This document shows positions 42,907-50,660 of a DNA stretch of 64,000 nucleotides, one piece after another. Below the pieces are notes generated by a model. The model was given only the letters and a program-made list of their open reading frames with translations. It had not been told where the DNA came from and did not search any database. The stretch is from the NCBI GenBank assembly GCA_044229845.1, contig JBGASG010000003.1, forward strand, positions 192,001 through 256,000, read 5' to 3'. Both the position numbers and the translations under genes were made by a program. The stretch is from Candidatus Obscuribacteraceae bacterium (GTDB taxonomy: Bacteria; Cyanobacteriota; Vampirovibrionia; Obscuribacterales; Obscuribacteraceae). Numbering within the stretch: the stretch's first letter is position 1; every line of letters begins with the position of its first letter.

Positions 42907-45900
42907 CGCCGCCTTCTCCTCCTCCGCCTTCCTGTCCCTCGTTCTGGAAGTTTTCCAGAGCTGTGCGGACTTTGTGCAAGAGTACCAGCTGAGCGTCGGT
43001 CGAAAGCTGCTGATCTTTGATCAAGTGAACAGCCAGGCAGTAAGCCAGATCGAGATCGCCCTGACCGATCATGCGTTCGGTAAGCAATCTGCAGAACCAT
43101 GCTGCCGAATCGGAAGCCGATGAATCTTTGCGGTTGATGGAAGAGTTGAAGTCGAATTTGATCTTCGGATCGCGAACGATTTCCGAGACTTCGAAGCGAT
43201 AAATGCATTTAGATGTGCACGGACCACAGGTGGGGTGCGGACCTTGATCGCGCTTGTGCAATTCGATGAAGTCGTCACGCCACTCGCGCAATACTGAAAT
43301 ATCGAGGCGGCGGTTGACTTCACTTGGTTGAAATGCTGGTCTCAAAAGGTTCAACCAGCGCAGATGCTGCTCGCGCACCTGATCATAGAACCAGTAGTTT
43401 TCTTCGCCCTTGCGCTCGAAATAACGTTCAGTCGCCTGAGTAAGAGCGCACCAGGTGATACCGGTGAGATTACCGGAACGGGCACGACCGCCGATCACCC
43501 GCTGAATCTCGTGGATGATCTGAGCGCGGAAGTGCACCAGTTGCGTGAGATCCTTCAGCGTCGAAAGCACATAGCGGTTATATACTTGCCGGAATAGAGT
43601 ATCGTCAGCCACCATCACCGCCGTGTCGAGAATGGCGGAATCGCAGCGATGCAGGCAGAACTTACAGCCCATATGGCGGTCGAAGTTCTTGACGATCTCC
43701 AGTCCGGCCATCGCTTCCCGCACCACCTGATCAGACTCGTGTGGTGTCTCCGGCGGTGGCACAGAAGCCGTCTTGTCATACATAATCGCCAGATGGAAAG
43801 GTGTCTCCATCTTTTCCGCATACACGATGGCGCGTCCTTGCCCGAGCGCAGTCACGTGGCGCTTCTGAATATCATCAAGGTTCATGGCACCACCCATGGA
43901 GTCGCGGTCGTCGGTGGCCACGATGCGGTGCATAACCTTCAAGTTCGTGTTTTTCAGCGCTTCCGGAGCCAGTTTGTTGGGGATCTGGTCTGCGATGATA
44001 AAGCCCTGACCATATGAACGAATTTCTGCCAGCATGTTGGTGAAGAATTCCACCGCTTTACCGGCCGGGTTGGCACTTTCCGCGCTCTGCGAAGTAGGCA
44101 CGTTCTTCAAAAGACGGTGAGCCTCTTCAATCAGCATGACGTGCTGCAAGTTATCGTGCGGTCCCAGTGATTCACGGTATTCGTAAAGGAAGACGAGAAT
44201 CATACCCATCAGGAATGACTTTTCAGAGTCTTCCGACACCATCTTGAGCTCAACGACCGTCGGTCTGCCGAATAGAATTTCAGGCGGGATAGATCTCCTG
44301 GTGTTGAGCATCTGCCCTTTACCACCAATGAGCAGCGAGCCGATACGGGCTTTCAGCGCAGCCTGCACGTCAGGTCCGATTCTCTCCGAATATCCGAATG
44401 ATTCGGTAATCGGGTCGATGATTTCGAACAAGTCTTTCATGGTCGGATAAATCTCGGGCGGACAGTCCGGATCACCGACGTTGATGCCTGGCGGCAGGCG
44501 ACGATTCTTGTTTTGCACAAGGTCCCATCCGCGCACACCGTAGATGGCGTTCAAAGCCTTTTCCAACACCTGCGGCATTGGTGAATACATTTCAAAAGAT
44601 GCGTTAAACACAGACTTCAAGGCATCAAGGTGAGTCTGTACTTTCACTCCTTTCATGATTTCAAATGGGTTGAGGCGGAATGGTGATACCGTTTCATCCC
44701 CCAGAGAAAATGCCTGACCGTGTCCTTTGAAGGTCTCGGACATTAGCATCATGTGCCGATATTCTGATTTCGCCGGCTCGATCACCATAAACGGGATCTT
44801 GTATCGCCAGAGCTGGTTGAGCAGATAGAAACACGTGTTAGTTTTACCGCCGCCGGTCACCCCGCAGACAATGGTGTGTTTTTGCAGCGCATCCACATCG
44901 ACATAGTAGAGGTTGCCTGTGTCCATGTTCTTATCGAGGATGTTGCCGATGGCAATTACCCTGGTTGGATCTTTCGGCGGAATCTCGGCGAGCGAAAATT
45001 CAGCAGATCGGCGAATGCGGAAGCCAGGCATTTCGCTCTTCGGTAAGTGGCAAAACGCTGACAGCATTCGGGAGTTGAGTGGTGACACAAATGTATAGCG
45101 CAGCAGATCTTGCACCGTGTCGCCCTGACGCTTGTTAGACAACAAACCGAATTGTTCGACGTGCGGCTTCAAGCCCGGCAGCTGGTGCGTGCGCAATGGT
45201 GTCGGACGACTTTGTTCGTCGGTGTAGATAGCGCGAATCAAAGACTGCAGTCGCACAAAGACAGACTGATCCGGTGCGAAGTAATAAACGCCGACCTGCC
45301 ACATTCCGACTGCGGTACCCAGCTGCACGTGCTTCAGATAGGCATCTTGCAACTCTAAGTAGTACTTGATGCGCCGCTTTTTCTCAGGGTCTTCTTGATC
45401 TTGAGCTCGCTGAATCTGATCAACAATGGCAAACTCTTCCTGGCTGACCAGGCGCTGCGGAATTGGCGCCGCCAGAAGCAAGATGCCGAACTGGTTGCCC
45501 TGCAAGCCGTTCGCGACACGCTCAATCTGCTCAGACTCCATGGTGCTGTCGATAGAACTCTTCAGCGAAGGCACGCCGGTAACGATGCCGGTGTAAGTCG
45601 CCAGAGGCGAGATCATGGAACGAATCGCATCGCTGCTGAAAGGCTCCGCGTGAATATCTACGCCGTTGTAGACGCTATGGAGCAGCGACCGCAAAGTCGT
45701 GTAGGGCAGATTAGGATCTTGCTGCGGTTTGCTGCCGTTGCCGTTGGTTTCTTGAAAAACGGGCGGTGACATGCCCATGTAGTAATTGACGCCGGCTTTG
45801 TTGCCGATCACCAGATACGCGATGTTAGCTTTCTGCGCGTGCAAGCCGGTGAGGGCATCTTCCATAACGTATTGCCGCTTGGGCAGTTGGTTAGGATCGT

Positions 45901-46114
45901 TATTGGCTTGCGGCTGTTGTTGTTGCTGCTGTTTTTCCCGTTCTATGTCCCAGGATCGCAATACGCCATCGATGCGTACGAATGTCAGCCCGGGCACTCG
46001 CCAGCTCTCGAATGCTGCCGGATCTATAGGTTGACCCTCCAGCGCATCGAGATCATAGCGGCGCAAGTCCGCTATCTTCTCGTCCCAAATATTTCGACTA
46101 GGTGCCTGTGTCAT
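42896..46114 (-). CDS. HerA/VirB4-like (FtsK-HerA superfamily) ATPase with C-terminal Cys-rich domain
   Basis: HTIVCGVTGGGKT Walker A, VIEPAKSEY, LNPF, MLIEEAH Walker B, EIRSYG Arg-finger motif and IADQ. Two CxxCxxxC motifs. No TM helix. Confidence 0.9.
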   Translation of the reverse strand: MTQAPSRNIWDEKIADLRRYDLDALEGQPIDPAAFESWRVPGLTFVRIDGVLRSWDIEREKQQQQQQPQANNDPNQLPKRQYVMEDALTGLHAQKANIAYLVIGNKAGVNYYMGMSPPVFQETNGNGSKPQQDPNLPYTTLRSLLHSVYNGVDIHAEPFSSDAIRSMISPLATYTGIVTGVPSLKSSIDSTMESEQIERVANGLQGNQFGILLLAAPIPQRLVSQEEFAIVDQIQRAQDQEDPEKKRRIKYYLELQDAYLKHVQLGTAVGMWQVGVYYFAPDQSVFVRLQSLIRAIYTDEQSRPTPLRTHQLPGLKPHVEQFGLLSNKRQGDTVQDLLRYTFVSPLNSRMLSAFCHLPKSEMPGFRIRRSAEFSLAEIPPKDPTRVIAIGNILDKNMDTGNLYYVDVDALQKHTIVCGVTGGGKTNTCFYLLNQLWRYKIPFMVIEPAKSEYRHMMLMSETFKGHGQAFSLGDETVSPFRLNPFEIMKGVKVQTHLDALKSVFNASFEMYSPMPQVLEKALNAIYGVRGWDLVQNKNRRLPPGINVGDPDCPPEIYPTMKDLFEIIDPITESFGYSERIGPDVQAALKARIGSLLIGGKGQMLNTRRSIPPEILFGRPTVVELKMVSEDSEKSFLMGMILVFLYEYRESLGPHDNLQHVMLIEEAHRLLKNVPTSQSAESANPAGKAVEFFTNMLAEIRSYGQGFIIADQIPNKLAPEALKNTNLKVMHRIVATDDRDSMGGAMNLDDIQKRHVTALGQGRAIVYAEKMETPFHLAIMYDKTASVPPPETPHESDQVVREAMAGLEIVKNFDRHMGCKFCLHRCDSAILDTAVMVADDTLFRQVYNRYVLSTLKDLTQLVHFRAQIIHEIQRVIGGRARSGNLTGITWCALTQATERYFERKGEENYWFYDQVREQHLRWLNLLRPAFQPSEVNRRLDISVLREWRDDFIELHKRDQGPHPTCGPCTSKCIYRFEVSEIVRDPKIKFDFNSSINRKDSSASDSAAWFCRLLTERMIGQGDLDLAYCLAVHLIKDQQLSTDAQLVLLHKVRTALENFQNEGQEGGGGEGGGGG

Positions 46115-46263
46115 TTCTTTGAAAGTTTCCCGCTATAAGACTAATCGTCTTAAAGCACCACGTAACGCCTGCTTTTTCCCCGGACCGGCTCCCTATCCGC
46201 TCTCTACGCCTTGTTTTTACCATGCCTGCTCGTAAATATCAGGCATTGCCGAATATCAGGCGC

Positions 46264-49200
46264 TCAAGCCGGAGATTCTGCCAGTTCTTTAGACTTCTTG
46301 TTCTTGTCTTTCTCCTTTTGAGTTTTTGGTCGATTGGCGTAGATCTGATCGATCAAGCTGCGGTTGATGTCCTTGTCGGCGACGTCTTTGAAATCCGGAG
46401 ATTGCATATTGAAGACGCCGGCTACAGTGCCTACTCTGTAGCAGAAGTACGTCCGCTCCTCTTGACCCACTACGCGGTCGATGTTGAGTTTTTCTTCGTC
46501 TGAAATAAGTTCGAACTGTGGTGAAGTATTGACCTTGTTGAAGATGTTCTGAATGGTCTGGTGCTTTACTTTACGACCGTCCACACGGAACATTTGAGGT
46601 CCTAACATATCGCCGTCCTTTTTAGCCAGCGCGAAGATGCACATGGTGCCGGTGTTGATTACTACCTGGTTGCGGTAGTCTTCCGGCAGACCTTGCAAAG
46701 TCTTGGTGGCTGCGATCAGACCGATCTGAAACTTTTTCGTTTCGCTGGTGAGCGCATCGAAAGTTTCTTTTTCAATGAATGAATCGAATTCATCGAGATA
46801 CAACGCAGTCGGCCGGCGCTTGTTGGAGTTTTTCAGCGACAGCGACAGGGCGGCCTGCTTCAAGCCGCTGACGATCAAAGAACCGAGCAAGTTGGCGTTC
46901 TGGTCCAACTGCCCTTGCGGTATTTTGACGAACAGAATCGACTTGTCGTTGATGACGTCCCGCAGGCTGAGGTCACCTTTAGCCTTTGTGAGAATCGGAC
47001 GAATACGCGGGTCACCAAGCATTGGCTGCACGCGGTTGAGAATCGGCTCGATCCAGTTCAACCATTGATCTGTACGGGCGAGGCGCTTGTAGTTGTTCCA
47101 CGCGTCTATGAGTGTGATGTACTCGGCGCGCTCGTTCTTCATGCGCTCGACCTTCTCCAACAGCACATCGCGAAAGTCGTTCTCCGCCAGCAAGGTGGGC
47201 AGGTCGGTGAGGGTACGCCCGTTAGCCATGAGCAAAATAGCGGCGTTGCGCAAAATGTTGGCGGTCTGCTGGTTCCACTGGCTCTGCGAACCAGGCGGTT
47301 CCGTATATATGGCTTTGAATCCGAACACGATTGCCGAAGCTGCGTTCTGCAGGTCGCCGTCTTCAGGAAACTCAAGCGGGTTGTAGCCAATCTGATGATC
47401 GACATCGCCGAAAGTCGGGTCGATTACAACAATCCGCTTGGCCATGTCGCGTCCCTTAGGATGAGAAGCGACCCAATCCAACAACAGATCTACCAGTCCG
47501 CCGTCGGAGTCGACCAGCACCACTGCGCGGTCAGCCGCTGCCATATCGTGAGCAATCATAGACGCCATCATGCGGCTCTTGCCTTTGGCAGCGCCGCCCA
47601 GGATCAATATGTGGGGATTCTGCTCGCGAACATCCGGCGGCATAGACAGCGTGCGCGGTGTGTAAAAGCTGAAGATGTTCCAGTCGACGCGGCTGCCGAA
47701 AGGCACGCCTCCGGGCTTCAGCCCGCGCCCAAATTCCCGCACCATCTTGGTGTGCTGCGCCTGGAACTGAGAAGGAATGTATTTCTTCTTCGCCCAGATG
47801 TTGATCATGCCGGATGGTCCGAACAGTTTCAGTGAAAGCATAGCCAGCAGGGCACCGATGCCGATGATGCCCAGGGCGACGTTGAGGAAGAACTGGTGCA
47901 TCTTCTTCGGATCTTTGCCGATGTCATCCATATTGACGCCCTTGCCGCCACCGGCACCGCCAGTATTGATTGGAATCTGGCCGCTGGCAATCTGCGTGCC
48001 GGTTGGTCCGGCTCCGGGCTCGAAGCTCTCCTGCATAAAGCCTTTGAAATCACCGACGAAGGTTTGAATCTGTCCGCGCCAGCCGAAGCCTACGCGCTTG
48101 GTGTACTTGTAGGCACCACGGAACAATGGAGCCTCTCGGGTCTGTTCATTCCCGGGCGTGATATTGGCGATGATGGCAATCGGTTTGCCTCGCGCCTGTT
48201 TATTTTCGTCGACGTACTGTTTGCCCAGTTCCATCCGTCCATTTTTGTAGGTGCCGTTCACGAAGAACAAACCGAAAGAATCCATGCCCTGTCCCTGGAC
48301 CTGTTCGCCGTTTTGCACCAGCGTCAGGTCGCCCTGGACAGATTTGCCTGCTGCCGGTCCGGGCCCGGCCGTAGCCGCCTTTGCAGGTCCCATGATCGTC
48401 TTCCATTTGCCGCCGACGTACTGTCCGCTGGACTGGCCGCCACCGCCTCCTCCAAACGGATTTGGAAATCCGCCAGCGTTGCTGCTTGTGCCGCTGCTCG
48501 GCATAGTGGGGTGCTGCTGCCCGGCATTAGAGATTGATTGTCCGAGTGAACCAAATACGGTGCTGAGAATTCCGAGCACCGGTGCCACTACCATGAATAT
48601 AACGATGCCGGCCGTCATCACGGTCTGCATCTTCATGGGTATGCCGAAAAGGCTGATCGTCTTGTCTTCGGTGACGCGATCTTCAAGACGCGGACGGCGC
48701 TTCGGCTTCTTATCCTTTTCTTCTTCATCTTCGTCGTCGTCATCTTCATCTTTGACGACGATTTTGTGTTTGGGAGGCTTGCCGTCCTCTTCGAACATCG
48801 AGGACTTGGACTTCGATTTGACCGGCTCCAATTTTTCATCGTCGTCGTCGGCAACCACCGGCTTCTTGGCCGGCGGCGGAGCGTCTGTAGTTGCACCTTC
48901 CTTTGCGGCGCGCTGGGCGCGAGCGATTGCCTCGGCAATAATCGAAGGCTGGGCACCGCTCATGGTCTGGTCTAATCCGCCCCCGGTGGTCGGACCGCCG
49001 GTCGGGCTGCCCGCACCGGCAGGCGCGCTGACAGCCGGGGCAGACGAATTTTGCGAGAAAGGACTGGCTGCTGGTTGTGATGATCCCTGAGAAAAGAAAT
49101 CTGCGCCGGAATCGAAGAAAGAGCTGTTGTTGGCTGGAGGAGCCGCCACAAAGGGAGCCGGCGCCTCGACGGGCGCCGCGACAACCGGTGCCTCAGTTAC

Positions 49201-50577
49201 GGGAGCGGCAGCCGGTGCCGCAGCCGATTCGGTGTTGACACTGTCAGTAGTGGCAGGCTCGGTGGTTGCTCCGCTGTCAGCGGCAGGCGCTGGATCGCCG
49301 GGCTTGACACCAAAAGGCAAGAACGCTGAATCATTACCGCTGGACGGTGGTGCACCAGCCGGCGCTCCGGCAAAGAAATCGCCTTTGGTCTCGGACAGTG
49401 GCTGCGTGATTGGACCGGTGGCCACTTGATTGAGTCCGCCGCCGCCAATCTGCCCCGGCCCGGTCACCACCTGATTGGGTTGCGACATTGTCTGGCTAGG
49501 CGGAGGCAACGCGGGAGCACTGGCGACCGATATGGTCGAATGCGGCTGGCTGGCGGCTGCCAGCGCCACATTGCTGGCCGGCTCGGCTATAAAAGATGCG
49601 ACCTGTGACTGGTCGGCGGCTGCCGGATTGGGAGTCGTCTCCGGTTGGGCAGCATCCGGCGGTTTATCAGCGATCGAATTCGACTGTCCGCTGTGGAAAA
49701 GCGCCCCAGCAATCGCAGCGGCGGCTGCACCGGCAGCAAATCCGCTCGCCGCGGCAGCCAGCGGAGGAATAGATGCGGACTGGTTGATGCCACCAACCGG
49801 AGCGATTGTACCGACTGGAATCGGTCCGCCTATAGGCAAGTCAGACACCGATTCATCCGAGTCAGCGTCCGAGCTGCCACCGTCGATGGTCGGTTTGATT
49901 GGCTCGGGTTGCGGCTGCGGAGCCGAATCATCCGCGGAGTCTGCCGGCATCGCTTCTTGCGGCAAAGCAAAAGAATTATCGGAAACAACCAATTTGGGCT
50001 TCTCCGATTCAGGCATGAGAGTCATGGGTTGGGCTACAGAAGCAGCCTCAGCGGCGAACTGCTCAGCAACCGGCTCCAACGAAATCAAACCCGATACGTC
50101 CTGGGCACCGCCAGTCGTTCCCGGAATTAGAGAAGCTGCACTGCCCAGGAGACTGCCTAGTTTTGATTGCGCTGCCGGCGGCACCGGCTCAGGCGGTGGA
50201 GGCGTGGCGATCGGACGTCCGGTGGCAAAGTCTATTTCGGTCGGTTGCGGCGGAACAACATTGATCGGGGCAGCGTGCGGCGAGCCCCAGGTGTTGGCGG
50301 CGGCGGCGTGTCCGTTGCCATTGCCGTTGCCATTGCCGTCCTCACCTTCTTGCATGTAGCTGTGTTGCGTATAGAGATTGCGGTACTGGTAACGGTTTAC
50401 AGCTTTTTCTAAAACAAGCGGATCGGGCGCGACAGCTACAGCCAGCGGGGCACTGGTATGCGAAATGACCGGCAGCGCGGTTGGCGAGTGCTTCGAGATG
50501 GTGGCGCCGCAATCAGGACAGGCTTTTGCCTTACCCCTGAGAATCACACCACATTGCTGGCAAATGAGAATTTCCAT
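46264..50577 (-). CDS. VirD4/TrwB-like coupling-protein ATPase 1 (zinc ribbon, disordered region, TM, beta-rich domain, TM, ATPase)
   Basis: N-terminal CQQC-x10-CPDC and two TM helices. ATPase motifs HILILGGAAKGKS, VLVDSDG, YNPL, ILRN, EPILNRV and LYLDEF. Confidence 0.87.
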   Translation of the reverse strand: MEILICQQCGVILRGKAKACPDCGATISKHSPTALPVISHTSAPLAVAVAPDPLVLEKAVNRYQYRNLYTQHSYMQEGEDGNGNGNGNGHAAAANTWGSPHAAPINVVPPQPTEIDFATGRPIATPPPPEPVPPAAQSKLGSLLGSAASLIPGTTGGAQDVSGLISLEPVAEQFAAEAASVAQPMTLMPESEKPKLVVSDNSFALPQEAMPADSADDSAPQPQPEPIKPTIDGGSSDADSDESVSDLPIGGPIPVGTIAPVGGINQSASIPPLAAAASGFAAGAAAAAIAGALFHSGQSNSIADKPPDAAQPETTPNPAAADQSQVASFIAEPASNVALAAASQPHSTISVASAPALPPPSQTMSQPNQVVTGPGQIGGGGLNQVATGPITQPLSETKGDFFAGAPAGAPPSSGNDSAFLPFGVKPGDPAPAADSGATTEPATTDSVNTESAAAPAAAPVTEAPVVAAPVEAPAPFVAAPPANNSSFFDSGADFFSQGSSQPAASPFSQNSSAPAVSAPAGAGSPTGGPTTGGGLDQTMSGAQPSIIAEAIARAQRAAKEGATTDAPPPAKKPVVADDDDEKLEPVKSKSKSSMFEEDGKPPKHKIVVKDEDDDDEDEEEKDKKPKRRPRLEDRVTEDKTISLFGIPMKMQTVMTAGIVIFMVVAPVLGILSTVFGSLGQSISNAGQQHPTMPSSGTSSNAGGFPNPFGGGGGGQSSGQYVGGKWKTIMGPAKAATAGPGPAAGKSVQGDLTLVQNGEQVQGQGMDSFGLFFVNGTYKNGRMELGKQYVDENKQARGKPIAIIANITPGNEQTREAPLFRGAYKYTKRVGFGWRGQIQTFVGDFKGFMQESFEPGAGPTGTQIASGQIPINTGGAGGGKGVNMDDIGKDPKKMHQFFLNVALGIIGIGALLAMLSLKLFGPSGMINIWAKKKYIPSQFQAQHTKMVREFGRGLKPGGVPFGSRVDWNIFSFYTPRTLSMPPDVREQNPHILILGGAAKGKSRMMASMIAHDMAAADRAVVLVDSDGGLVDLLLDWVASHPKGRDMAKRIVVIDPTFGDVDHQIGYNPLEFPEDGDLQNAASAIVFGFKAIYTEPPGSQSQWNQQTANILRNAAILLMANGRTLTDLPTLLAENDFRDVLLEKVERMKNERAEYITLIDAWNNYKRLARTDQWLNWIEPILNRVQPMLGDPRIRPILTKAKGDLSLRDVINDKSILFVKIPQGQLDQNANLLGSLIVSGLKQAALSLSLKNSNKRRPTALYLDEFDSFIEKETFDALTSETKKFQIGLIAATKTLQGLPEDYRNQVVINTGTMCIFALAKKDGDMLGPQMFRVDGRKVKHQTIQNIFNKVNTSPQFELISDEEKLNIDRVVGQEERTYFCYRVGTVAGVFNMQSPDFKDVADKDINRSLIDQIYANRPKTQKEKDKNKKSKELAESPA

Positions 50578-50660
50578 CTCGCTCTACTATCCCTTGACAT
50601 CTATGTCCTGATCTGCTTTGCCTTTTGGCTATCGTAGTTATTCCCGTCAGTTCCCCTTTT

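Noticed and set aside
42896..46114. Known HerA anti-phage or repair pair (NurA, Sir2 or nuclease partner)
   Set aside because: No adjacent gene shows nuclease or sirtuin motifs.
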